Assembly (NCBI GenBank): GCA_009914755.4
Contig: CP068257.2
Location: forward strand, 39,808,001-39,872,000
DNA: 64,000 nucleotides
Origin: the human T2T-CHM13v2.0 reference genome, Homo sapiens
Reading direction: 5' to 3'
Numbering within the stretch: the first letter of the stretch is position 1; each line of letters starts with the position of its first letter. This document shows, piece after piece, positions 40,511-57,307 of the stretch. The notes below the pieces were generated by a model that worked only from the letters and a program-made list of their open reading frames with translations, was not told the origin of the DNA and ran no database searches. The translations under genes and the position numbers were made by a program.

Positions 40511-42633
40511 TTACCTGCAGAGGCTGTGGCTGGGGGAGCGGTCTGGGAAGCAGAGAAGGCGGAACACTAACCTTGGAGGAGAACCTGACTGAAGTTCTCT
40601 GGTCTAGCCTGGTTGGGGGAGACTCGAGCCACACTCCTACGCCCTGACTCTGAGAACCATGGCTCCCAATCAGTGCTGCTGCTGGGCCTCCTCACCATGA
40701 GGCCAGGGCAGGCTCAAGGGCAGGAAATCGAACAGTGGACTAGATGGATGGGGCAGGAGAGGACCGGACACTCTGTCCCTTAAGGGGAGAGTTGAAGGAT
40801 CAGGATTGCCCCAGCCTAGGAAAGAGAAGGCCAAAAGGCAACAAGAGAGATGAAGTGTGAGCACCAAGGTGTGACATCCTCTGGGGAGGTATATTCTAGA
40901 TGATCAGTGTGGGGAATGGGGGTACTTTCTACAGAGGGGCCCCCGGATGGCATGGCTTCCTCAAGAGCTGTGAGGTCCCAGGCAGTGGGGGCATCAGGCC
41001 AAGCTGCACAGCTGCTTGTCAGGTTGGGGGTGGGGGCTGGACCAGCAACACCATCCTCTCCCCTCTGGACCACGCCCCCCCATCCCAGATCTCTTCTGAC
41101 TCTTGGGACTGTGTAATTTTCAATTCTTCGGGAAGTTTGAGAATACATTTATAAGAGAGGATGTCCGGAGAGCAGTGGACATTTCACAAGCCCAGGTCAG
41201 CAGCTGCCGCTGGGCAGCAACTTTATGGTTCCCCCAGGTGCTGAAGTGCACCTGCAGGTTGACTTGATCTACTGTTAACAGAGGGTGATCAGTTTGACTC
41301 ATGCTTAAGGGAGAGACGACACCAACACACACACAGAGGTTTGCAAGAGTAAGGCAGGGTGGATCCAAACATTCTTAATTCAATACTAGGCACGCGTTCT
41401 CGCAGTGGACATGGCCCAGGTCCTCTGGCTGTGTTGGTGCATCAGACAGCTCGGCCCTTCCATGAGGCAGGTGCCCTCTCGTGGCAGGCCTGGGAAACTT
41501 CTCCACTACAAGACGTCCCTTCCTTCCACCACCACCCAAATCAGTCTTCCACTTGCCTTAAGTTTCTGCTGCACGGGAAACAGAGTCAGAGGTGTCAAAG
41601 TGTTGCACAGGATTCTATTTTGCTGTTGTTAGAATTTTGCTAGTGATAACCAGAGAGGATGGAGGAAGAAAGTTGACAGTATGTGTCCCAGAGAACAGCA
41701 ATTTCAATTTCCCCAGCAGAGTGAACCTGCTGGGGATGCCCCAAGGTGCCCGCAAGGATGTTCCTTTCAGCCAAAATGAACATGTGTGGTGATCCCCCAG
41801 GCCTGTCCTAACTAGTCATCCAGAGCCGAGAGGGGAGTGGCCCCAGCGGCCAGAACTGGGAGAGAGCCCTGGAGACCACTTTGTGTGACTCCTTCCTGCA
41901 CTTAGAGGGGCCCTGAGTTCAGGCAAGCAATGGAACTGCCCCTCCCTACCCACCCCTCCATTCCCAGCCATGACGGGCAGCGCCGGCATCACACCCTGCT
42001 CTCCGGCTTCCGTGGCCTGCCCTGTAAGTGAGGCAGGAAAATCGAGTCTGGAGGCAGGAATGTAAGGCTGATTCACACTTCAACTCTAACAGGGACTATC
42101 CCCTCCACAGGGAGTATGCCGAGTAAATGACTTTGTAACTTTACTTTATCCTCTTCATTTACATAGGGCCCCCAAAGTAACCAATGGAAACCTCTAGAGG
42201 GTATTTAAACCCCCCAAAAACTGTAATGGGGCCATTGAGCCCCTAGGCTCGGGCCGCTCCCACCCTGTGGTGTGTATTTCATTTTCAATACATCTTTGCT
42301 TTTGTTGCTTCATTCTTTTCTTGCTTTGTTTGTGTGTTCTGCCTAATTCTTTGTTCAAGACACCAAGAACCTGGACACTCACCACCAGTAACATAAGCAC
42401 TGGCTCAATGGTCCATTGACCTGTGCAGAACAGACAGGATTATAATGATGTCTGCTCAGGGACCTTCACTCCAGGCACATCTGGGGCTCAGGGGACCCCA
42501 TAGGATGGGGCTGAGTTAGGAGCAGAGCAATGACAGGGCCAGGAGTGTATTGAACAAACCAAAGTAGAAAGCCCCAGTTTTCTGGAACCCAGGGTCTGTC
42601 ATGCTGCAGGTGCTTAATAAATGCTGTGGTGCC

Positions 42634-45043
<2,410 letters not shown>

Positions 45044-45242
45044 ATAATAAGAAGGAGTCATTTGAGGGACCTCTCCAACAGGACAGGCTGCAGGAACTGA
45101 GGGCACCAACCACAGGAGCACCAAGTCTGGCCTTGCCTCACCTTTGGTCCTCTGACCAGCAGCCTCAACATCACCCCCTTATAAGGAAATGGAGGCTGGT
45201 CCTACTCACCAGGCAGAACTTCAAAGATGCAGTGGTTACTTT

Positions 45243-46826
45243 GAAAAAAAAATCGCATAATTTATTTGCATGATATTCATTTTCACAATTGAACTTTACA
45301 GTTTAAAAAAGATACAAAAAAAGACAAACAGTTGTTCACATAAATAAGAAGGGGCAATAAAGAAGGAAGACGTTTTCACCATTACAACACCTTTTAGGAT
45401 GTGTCTTGGGGAGCAAGCACCTTACAGTGCCAACTGTTTCCAAGGTCCCTGGGAATGCTGCTCTCTACAGAGGCATGTGCACAGACGGATCCTGCAAATG
45501 GGATTGCAAGACTTTCCATTTCAAGGTTAAGTCCTAGCTGTAGAATCATTCATTTCATTCTTGCAAACCAGCCTGCTTGGCCAGGAGGCAGAACCATGGT
45601 AGAGTAGTGCTCATGGTTATGGCACTTGGCAATGCAAAAGGGACCCTTCCCCTGGTTGGAAACCCACAGCATTGGAAGGGACCACAGAGAGTCCAAAACA
45701 AAACACATCTTTCTCTTCTTCGCCGCCACCATGGGCACTTTGCTTCAGCACATTCATTTATAGAACGTTAAGTCAGGAGCCAGTCATTTTGTCAAAGCAG
45801 CTGAAATAGGCCACCACTCTTACTTGGCAAAGATGATACAGTTTCAAAGAGTTAAATGAAGGTGGACTACTTGGAGACATCAAAAGCTAAGTTTCCAGGA
45901 GCACTGAGGTAGCAATGTGTAGAAACATAACATGGAAACAGTGTACCTTAAACTGAGCATCCTTGATTTCCCCCATGGACCTCAATTTCCAGTGACTAGC
46001 AGGCCTGAAGAGGCCAACATGGTGCCAGACTTGGCGCCCTGCCAGGACCAAGGGGCATGTGCACTCTCCAGGGTGCTAGGAGCAGGGTCAGGGAGGATGA
46101 GGAGGAAGGCTGAGTCTCCCTCCCAGGAGCCCCACCCAATGTGCAGGTGGAGACCTGCACCAGGAGTGCTCAGGGCAAGTTCCTTTTCAATTGCTTCCCT
46201 CGCACCAAGGGCACTGTCTATATTCTCACCCCATAAGAACAAAAATGTTTCTGTTCCCCTTACAAGTGACTACCACGTCACCACCCATGAAGGGCTGGTC
46301 CCTTTATTTCTGGCCACCATCCAGGGCTGCTAAGGCTCTAAGAACCCATCAGCAAAATCCCCTTGTGGAGAGGTAGGCTGGGGACACTACCAAGTGGCCC
46401 CAGAGGGCAGCCGCTGCAGGTGCCACCTGGCTGTCTCCCTTTCCATGTCTCTCCTTTTTCATCTCAAGTCATCCAGCAGCTGAGAGGTGACAGCTCCATG
46501 CTCATCCAAAATTGGCCCCTGGAAAGGACTCAGCAGGAAGATCTCAATGGGGCAGCCTCCACCCCTCTCCTCCACACTTGACCGCCAGTGCCCACAACCA
46601 GCCGGCCATCACCCCTTGCGGACAAGGGGTTAGGGAGAGCAGGCTGGGCAGGGGAGCCACTGCAGCCTGCACAGAATGGCAGAGAGTGCCAAAGCCAGAC
46701 AAGTTCACTGTTTAATAAAAATGAAGTGACCTCTGAATCATCTCTAAGAGTAAATCATGCACGGGGAAGCAAAACCAGCCCCATTGTTTTCTTGTAAAAC
46801 GACGTCAAGGACGAAGACCATGTGGA
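45243..46826 (-). other. TMPRSS2: TMPRSS2 3'UTR (last exon, noncoding part); cleavage site approximate
   Basis: Continuous with the terminal CDS at 46827-46838. Minus-strand AATAAA at 45261-45266 with cleavage expected ~20 nt further 3' on the minus strand, at plus ~45243. The ~1.6 kb length fits the ~3.2 kb mRNA. Confidence 0.7.
45261..45266 (-). terminator. TMPRSS2: TMPRSS2 polyadenylation signal (AATAAA on the minus strand)
   Basis: Plus strand ..gcataatTTATTTgcatg..; reverse complement caAATAAAttatgcgatttttttttc. Confidence 0.65.
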
Positions 46827-46838
46827 TTAGCCGTCTGC
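46827..46838 (-). CDS. TMPRSS2: TMPRSS2 terminal coding segment (A-D-G-stop); acceptor ag corresponds to plus 46839-46840
   Basis: Minus strand ctatttgaacag|GCAGACGGCTAAtccacatgg. Completes ...WIYRQMR|ADG*. Confidence 0.9.
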   Translation of the reverse strand, partial: ADG

Positions 46839-47664
46839 CTGTTCAAATAGGAAAAAAAAAAGTGTGTTATTTTCTTAAGACAAACAAAGGTGGAAAATAA
46901 TTTTTTCCTCTAGGTTCGCATGAAGCACTTAGAAACCAAATAAGCAAGCTTAATAGCACAAAGGGATCATTCTTCTCTCCAACGTGTTGGTCAGAGTCAG
47001 GCTGAGCATGGCGGGGCAGGAGCTCCGGAAGGAGCGGGCAGCGGATGTGGAGGCCGGCACAACAGGCATCTCTTCAGCAGAGTCTGGGCCTCCCCCGGCT
47101 GCTCTCCTGCCACGCAGCCCTTCCCTCCCTGCACAGCCATGCGGACCCACCTGCAGCCGCCAAACACACCTGGATCATTTCCTAGCTCCATCCTGGTGCG
47201 AGTCCGCCCCTCAGCCTGGCTGACCATCCCAGCCCTGCCAGCTTCCCTCCTGCCCTGCCTCCTCCTCCTGGGGTCATCTGTTTCTAGCACTGGGCCCTGG
47301 GCCAGGTGACGCCCCCTGGGCCCCATGGTCATGGGAAGGCCCTGAGTCCCGCGTGTCATTTGAAGGAGACACAGGTCGGGCCTCAGCGGGAAAGGCCCCC
47401 TGGTTCTGCTCCTCCTTCAACAGACTGGGCATCTGGGAGATTTGGGAGAAGACAGAATAGACTGCTTTCTTCCACTAGTAGCCCAGCCCCAGAAAGCACA
47501 GAAATCTGAGAAAACTATACGTCTGAGGTCCTGGAGATGAGAAGATCTGGTTCTCACCCCCTATCTGGACAATGCCCAAAGCCAGGGCTCTGCTAAGCAG
47601 AGACATCCATGAGGCTCACATGGAACCCCTGAGACCTTCCCTCGTGCTTGAGTCTGGGGCATCA

Positions 47665-48171
<507 letters not shown>

Positions 48172-48397
48172 TCACACAAGCTGAGCCCCAGCGCTTTTCA
48201 TCCAAACACCAGGGGAAATATGCAAGTGAAGCCAGTGAGAGGCAATGGGCAATGGGTGGACACTGGGGGGATGGGGCTGTGGCTGGAGGAAGCAGAGTTT
48301 GCTTCATGCTGACCAGTGGTCACCAGTCAGCTTCCAGCAGCAGAACCACGCCTAACAGATGTCTGGCTTTGGCTCGAGGAATCGGAGAACACAGTCA

Positions 48398-48610
<213 letters not shown>

Positions 48611-49023
48611 TCACAATCTGCCGCACACCACTGACCAGGCCTAGAGGAGTTGGGGGGCGGGGGTCGCAGTGTGAGTTACGAGTGACTGTGTGGGCTTCGA
48701 ATCTCCACCATCAAGGGGTGATGGTAACAGAGATGTAACCCCCAAAGAGATAGCCCCCATCCTGAATTTTAATCTGTTCAAGCTAAAAGTTACTAAATAA
48801 ATTGCCGTTCATAATTTAAAATAGTCTAAATACTTGTTTCTGTTCCACTGGCACTTTTACCAAATACCGGTTTTTCAGAGGGTGTGTGTGATTTGTTGAC
48901 TGTACTTCCTTCTGCCACCAGAAGCGTTCGCACTGTTTGTGGCCGTCACTTCCCATGACTGCCCCGAGCTGGCTCCGTGTCACTGAGGAGGCTCTGCTGA
49001 CCCCAAGAATGCCCTCTCTCTCA

Positions 49024-49332
<309 letters not shown>

Positions 49333-50219
49333 CTATTCTCCAGCCCTGCCCCCGTCAGCTCATCCCAGCACCAACCCCTCTCCTGGGAAACCTGGATTCT
49401 CCTTACAACTGGCGGTGCCTGTGCTGAATGCAGCTCTGGAGTTCAGCTTCAGGGAAAGAAATTCCCAGCTCTGAAACTATAGGGCTCTATCAGTGCCATG
49501 GAATCCCCCTCTTATTCACCCAACGGCTTGGTTCTGCTGAACCAATTTCCCACTCCTCACTGAACCCCACCCAGGACACACAGGCGCCTGTTTCCCCTCT
49601 GGCATGCACACACTCTTCTGGAGCACACGCGACCCTCCCTAGGCCGCCTGCTTCTCGGCTCCCCTGCACATTAGAGCTTCTCAAGACACGGCCTGCACTT
49701 GCCACCTCTGCATTTCCCACTCTCGCTTTGCTGCCTCCCCTCGGGCATCTTCTGGGCACCGTGGGCTTAGTGTGCAAAACCAGAACCCTCCGTCACACCT
49801 TCTCCCACCCCAAATTCTCACCAACCAATATTTCCTGGCTTGAAAAATGGCACCACCCGCCACCCTGGGGCTTCAGCCACAGAGTGGAAAGCCATCGTCC
49901 CTGACTTCTCACTCTCTCTCCCACAGACATGCAACCCATCAGTAAGTCTGGTGGCTCTAGCCCTAGTGTACCCTCATCTCTTCACATCCACGCCCGCACT
50001 CTGCTATGAGCTGGCTTCCTGTCTCAAGGAACCACAGCAATGGACTTGTCACCATCATCCTCGTCTCCATCCATTCATCCCCACTCCCCACGCAGCTGCC
50101 AGATCATGGCACTCCCCGGCTCACGATCTCCCCACCTCAAGCAGATGAGAAGCTGGTGTCTTCACCATAATCCACAAGGACCTATGCAATCTGGCCCCAG
50201 CCCACCTCCTTGGCCCCTT

Positions 50220-50420
50220 GACCACACCTGAAGATACATGCACTAGCCTTTTTGATGTGTACACATTTTTGCCATTTGAGTCTCAGCTCAAATGCCACCT
50301 CTTCCGAGAAGCCTTTCCTGACCACCCCTTCAAAATAGCCGGGACCTTGTGATCCCCACCCTCAGATGTTTGGAAGTACCTCGCTCAGTTGTTTGTCTCC
50401 CATCTGTCTGACCACACCTG
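50220..50420. repeat. MIR-like SINE remnant (approximate)
   Basis: ..cagctcaaatgccacctcttccgagaagcctttcctgaccaccc.. resembles the MIR core. Confidence 0.4.
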
Positions 50421-51093
50421 CCCCGTCCCCACCACCGACATCCAGAAGAGAGGTAAAGCTCCTGACAGCAGAGACATTTGTCTTACTCTGTTCACTTCTG
50501 CATTCCCAGCACCTGAGTAGCACCCAGCCTGTACTAGGTGCAGGTGCGCACAAATATTTGTCGATATTCCCTTCATCTTGGATTCCATGAGGTCTTTTGC
50601 CCAGCCTGTGGCTCTACTGTAGTAAGTTTCTGCTGATGAGGAGCCAGGATGCCCCCCACTACCTTCCCTGACGCTCCCCAGAAATCACCCAACCTTTGTA
50701 CTTTTCCCCTTGTTTGAAAGGATTTGTTGTCTGTATGGCCTAGACGCTTTTGAGAAGGATATAAACAATATGTAAAATGAACCTTTGTGCCTGCCACTAA
50801 GCACTTCCAACCCTCCATAAAAATGAAGCAGCCAGGCTCCCTTCATTTGAAAGACTGTCAGAGAGAAATGCAGATTGCAAAGGAAGTGGGTGGAGAGAGC
50901 CTCTCTCTGTGGTTATCAGGGCAGAGGACAGGCTTAGATGTGGCCACCATGGGTCCAGGATGCCCGTCCTCACCAAGCCCCCTGTCACTCAGCCACGCAG
51001 GCCTTGGTGGGATCTCCAGGGCAGCTCTAAACTCACAATGAGTGCAACACAGGAGATCCTGCACCTCTAAACTCGTATGGCCCAGATACTTCA

Positions 51094-51471
<378 letters not shown>

Positions 51472-52463
51472 CTAAGGCCTCGGGCTATGTCTCCACCTGG
51501 CCTTCCCACATGCAGGCTGCTGGGCCTGGCACCCTGGCCACCCTGCCCAGAGGACCCTGCATCCCAACAAGTCCCACATTCTCACTTTCTCCCCCTGCCA
51601 GACCCCTCCTTCTGGCAGGCAAGAAGTTATGCTACTTATAAGTAGAATTATTTGCTAGCTCTGCTTATAAGAGGAATTATTTGCTAGCTCTGCTTCCAAA
51701 ATTACATATCTCCAGGTGACCAAGACGGGAAAGACACACAGGAGGCAACAGCCAAAAAGCCGATGGAGTCAATGGAGTCAGCTTTCGCCCCAGAGGCACC
51801 ACGCCATTGCTCAGGCATTCGCTCTTCTATATGTGAACCATTTCCCAATGTGAATACAGACATGCTGTAGGGAGGGCTGAGGTTTTGCTTCTTCTGTATC
51901 CACATGGGGCTAGAACATTCCAGACCCTTGGATGGACCAGAGTGGGACCGAATAAGAGGCTAAGAGAAAGCATGTTTGTCCTGAATTAAGCAACTTGGTT
52001 TTAGAATGTATCTTTAAAAATCAAGGATCTTTACACATTTTAGGCCAGTAGTTCTCAACTGGAAGTGACTTTGCCTCAAAGCGGATGTTTGGCAATGTCA
52101 GCAGGCAACACTGGTTGTCACAGCTTGGTAGCTACTGGCCTCCAGTGGGTAGAGGCTGGGGACGCTGTTAAACATCCTACAAGGCACAAGAGAGCCCTAC
52201 AACAGAGAACCACCCCAGATGTCAAGGGTGCTGCAGTGGGAAAGCCCTGTTCTAGCCTTTTCCATGCCTGGCTTGAATCACCACCACTCAGTACAGTACA
52301 GAACAGATGTGGTGGCTGCTGCCTCCCCCAAAATGCAGCAGGTGCTCTTAGCCTCTGTGAGCCTCTCCCATTGGCCACCCGCTGCACGCTACCCTCGCTC
52401 AACGCAAATGCCTCCCTTCCATTTGGCATAGCACAAGTGTCATTTCCAATCAACATCTCTTTA

Positions 52464-52706
<243 letters not shown>

Positions 52707-53117
52707 TCAGAGCCATAAACACAGAGCTCTCGGAGGATGAACTTCCAACGTCAGAAGCTGGAGGCAAGACACCCAGAGGCAGGATGGTTCACCAAAAACC
52801 ACACAGGGAGATAGTGGAAGAGGGGCTCGGTCTCCCCTTCTCCCCCACACTCCCCCAACCCCGACTCCCTGCCTCAGCCCCCCACATCATCCTTCTTTCT
52901 GGCTCTTGCATCACCTTCAAGGAATCTGCAGCACCCACAATGGGCCGACATCCCTCCCTGGGGTTTCAAGGCCATTTCTAGCAGGACTGGCCCTTATTTT
53001 CCTTTGTACGCCAAAGCATTTCCTGGCACATGGTAGGTGCTTAATAAATGGATACTAATGAACAGACTTGTCCGATATCAATCAAACCATTTCCTTTATC
53101 CAAGAGTTTCCCTCTTA

Positions 53118-53280
53118 AGAGAATCCCAGCTCCTAGTGGGCCCAGAGCACCCAGTGGTGTGAAGAGGGGGAGAGAAGGGAGCACCCTTGGGTAACAGCCC
53201 TTGAGAGAAACCCAGTTCCTAGAGGGCCCAGAGCACCTGGGGGTGTGAAGAGGGGGAGAGAAGGGAGCACCCTTGGGTAA
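53118..53280. repeat. ~80-bp tandem duplication (2 copies)
   Basis: ..cccagctcctagtgggcccagagcacccagtggtgtgaagagggggagagaagggagcacccttgggtaacagcccttg.. is repeated immediately as ..cccagttcctagagggcccagagcacctgggggtgtgaagagggggagagaagggagcacccttgggtaacagcccttg. Confidence 0.85.
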
Positions 53281-53965
53281 CAGCCCTTGCTTCCTTGACC
53301 TTCATAACAGCCCGAGAGGAGAAGGGCATGCCCATCTTATAGTTGTACATGCCATGGATCAGAGACGTTGAGTGAATCGTCTAAGGGCACGCAGCAAGAG
53401 AGGGCTGGGCCAACAGTCAAACCCAGTTCAGCCTCTCTCTAAGGCAGAAAAATACATCCGCCAAGTGAGGCCTCCTCCAAAGCAGCATGTGACCAAAAGC
53501 ACTATGTGTTTAAGGAAAAGGGGAGGGGGTGGTAGCGTCCATAAATGCTAATACTGTCACGGCTAGCCTCACCCCTACCTAACCCTCTGCATGAGCAATG
53601 CTGTGGCCAAGAACGCTTAACCCCAGGGACCTTCCAGCAGGGCAGCCTGAAGCCTGTCTGAGTGTGCCCTCTCCTGGGACTAGCGTCCCGGAGACAGGAT
53701 ACCTCAGGGGGCAGGGGCTTTGCTCAAGGGCAGGACAGAGCTCAGAGGACAGTGGCTGGAAGGAACGCTGGTCACGGCGACATCGTGGAGAATGTTCCAC
53801 CTGCACCCTGTGCCCTGCGTGCAGGGGACACTCAGTGCATACAGCCATGCACTGCCTGGCATGAGCGCACTTGATGTCTCACAGCCCTAGGAAGCAGGTG
53901 CAATACTCTCCCCATTTAAACACAAGGATGCCGGGGCTGCAAGGGTTGAGACCTGCTCAAGGTCA

Positions 53966-54508
<543 letters not shown>

Positions 54509-54563
54509 TCAGGGACCCCAGATTCTCACACAAAGAAAAGGAAGATGGGAGGGGCAGGGCTGG

Positions 54564-57307
54564 AAGTGAGTGAGGGGGTGAGGAGACGAGGAGGTGAGTG
54601 AGAAGGTGAAGGGGTGAGTGAGGGAGTGAGTGAGGAGTGAGGAGGTGAGGGGGTGAGTGGGTAATTGAAAGGATGAGGGAGTAATTGAGGGGGTGAGGGG
54701 GTAATTGAGGGGGTGAGGGGATAAGTGAGGAGGTGAGGGGGCGAGTGAGGAGGTGAGAGGGGTGAGGGGGTGAGTGGGGGGTGAGGGGGTGAGTGGGGGG
54801 TGAGGGGGTGAGTGGGGGGTGAGGAGGTAAGTGAGGAAGTAAGGGGGTGAGTGAGGGGGTGAGTGAAAAGGTGAGGGGGTGATTGACGAGGTGGGGGGGT
54901 GATTGACGAAGTGAGGGGGTAAGTGAGGGGATGAGCGAGGAGGTGAAAGGGTGAGTGAGGGGGTGAGGACATGAGTGAGGAGGTGAGGGGGTGAGTGAGG
55001 AGGTGAGGGGGTGAGTGAGGAGGTGAGGGGGTGAGTGAGGAGGTGAGGGGGTGAGTGAGGAGGTGAGGGGGTGAGTGAGGAGGTGAGGGGGTGAGTGAGG
55101 AGGTGAGGGGGTGAGTGAGGAGGTGAGGGGGTGAGTGAGGAGGTGAGGGGGTGAGTGAGGAGGTGAGGGGGTGAGTGAGGAGGTGAGGGGGTGAGTGAGG
55201 GGGTGAGGGGGTGAAGGCGTGAGTGAGGGGGTAAGGGGATGAGTGAGGGGGTAAGGGGATGAGTGAGGGGGTGAGGGGGTGAGTGAGGGGGTGAGGGGGT
55301 GAGGGGTGAGTGAGGGGGCGAGGGGGTGAGTGAGGGGGCGAGGGGGTGAGTGAGGAGGTGAGCGGGTGAGTGAGGAGGTGAGGGGGTGAGTGAGGAGGTG
55401 AGGGGGTGAGTGAGGAGGTGAGGGGGTGAGTGAGGAGGTGAGGGGGTGAGTGAGGGGGTGAGGGGGTGAGTGAGGGGGTGAGGGAGTGAGTGAGGGGGTG
55501 GGTGAGGGGTGGGTGAGGTGGTGAGTGAGGGGGTGAGGGGTGAGTAAGGAGGTGAGGGGGTGAGTGAGGGGGTGGGTGAGGGGTGGGTGAGGGGATGAGG
55601 GAGTGATTCAGAGGGTGAAGGGGTGAGTGAGGGAGTGAAGGCATGATTGAGGGGGTGAAGGGGTGAGTGAGGGGGTGACTGAGGGGTGAAGGGGGGAGTG
55701 AGGAGGAGAGTGAGGGGGTGAAGGCATGAGTGAGGGGGTGAATGGGTGAGAGACGGGGTGAGTGAGGGGTGAAGGGATGAATGAGGGGGTAAGTAAGGGG
55801 TTGAGGGGGTGAGGGGGTGAGTGAGGAGGTGAAGGGTGAGTGAGGGCGTGAGGGGGTGAGGGAGTGAGGGATTAGTGAGGGGGTGAGGGGTTGAGTGAGG
55901 AGGTGAGCAGGTGGGTGAGTGGATGAAGGGGTGAGTGAGGGGGTGAGGGGTGAATGAGGGGTTGAGTAGGGGGTGAGTGAGGAGGTGAGGTGGTGAGTGA
56001 GGGGGTGAAGGGTGAGTGAGGGGGTGAGGAGGTGAGTGAGGGGGTGACGGGGTGGGGTGAGGGAGGGATGAGGGGGAGAGTGAGGAGGTGAGGAGGTGAG
56101 TGAGGGTTGAGGGAGTGAGGGGGTGAGTGAGGGGGCGAAGGGGTGAGTGAGGGGGTGAGGGGGTGAAGGCGTGAGTGAGGGGGTAAGGGGATGAGTGAGG
56201 GGGTGAGGGGGCGAGGGGGTGAGTGAGGGGGCGAGGGGGTGAGTGAGGGGGCGAGGGGGTGAGTGAGGAGGTGAGGGGGTGAGTGAGGAGGTGAGGGGGT
56301 GAGTGAGGAGGTGAGGGGGTGAGTGAGGAGGTGAGGGGGTGACTGAGGAGGTGAGGGGGTGAGTGAGGGGGTGAGGGGTGAGTGAGGGGGTGAGGGGGTG
56401 AGTGAGGAGGTGAGCGGGTGAGTGAGGGGGTGAGGGGGTGAGTGAGGAGGTGAGCGGGTGAGTGAGGAGGTGAGGGGGTGAGTGAGGAGGTGAGGGGGTG
56501 AGTGAGGAGGTGAGGGGGTGACTGAGGAGGTGAGGGGGTGAGTGAGGGGGTGAGGGGGTGAGTGAGGGGGTGAGGGAGTGAGTGAGGGGGTGGGTGAGGG
56601 GTGGGTGAGGTGGTGGGTGAGGGGGTGAGGGGTGAGTGAGGGGGGTGAGGGGTGAGTAAGGAGGTGAGGGGGTGAGTGAGGGGGTGGGTGAGGGGTGGGT
56701 GAGGTGGTGGGTGAGGGGGTGAAGGGGTGAGTGAGGGGGTGAGTGAAGGGGTGAGTGAGGGGGTGAGTGAGGGGATGAGGGAGTGATTCAGAGGGTGAAG
56801 GGGTGAGTGAGGGAGTGAAGGCATGATTGGGGGGTGAAGGGGTGAGTGAGGGGGTGACTGAGGGGTGAAGGGGTGAGTGAGGAGGTGAGTGAGGGGGTGA
56901 AGGCATGAGTGAGGGGGTGAATGGGTGAGAGAGGGGGTGAGTGAGGGGTGAAGGGATGAGTGAGGGGGTAAGTAAGGGGTTGAGGGGGTGAGGGGGTGAG
57001 TGAGGAGGTGAAGGTGTGAGTGAGGGCGTGAGGGGGTGAGGGAGTGAGGGATTAGTGAGGGGGTGAGGGGTTGAGTGAGGAGGTGAGCAGGTGGGTGAGT
57101 GGATGAAGGGGTGAGTGAGGGGGTGCAGGGGTGAGTGAGGGGGTGAGGGGTGAATGAGGGGTTGAGTAGGGGGTGAGTGAGGAGGTGAGGAGGTGAGTGA
57201 GGGTTGAGGGAGTGAGGGGGTGACTGAGGGGGCGAGGGGGTGGGTGGTGAATGAGAGGTTGAGGGGGTGAGTAGGGGGTGAGTGAGGGGGTGAGGGGTGA
57301 GTGAGGT
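54564..57307. repeat. TMPRSS2: G-rich (plus strand) minisatellite ~2.7 kb; 10/20-bp units (GGGGGTGAGTGA / GGTGAGTGAGGAGGTGAGGG) with a ~1.15-kb higher-order duplication; lies in a TMPRSS2 intron
   Basis: Direct read. A perfect 20-mer array at ~54985-55200. The blocks 55180-55990 and 56150-57190 are near-identical copies. The C-rich strand is the transcribed TMPRSS2 strand. Confidence 0.95.

Noticed and set aside
54564-57307. Possibility that the regular repeats (here and at 21676-21856) are CRISPR-like arrays or another prokaryotic element
   Set aside because: There are no unique spacers between the repeats. The sequence context is unmistakably human (Alu, L1, MaLR, spliced MX1/TMPRSS2 exons). 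These are minisatellites.
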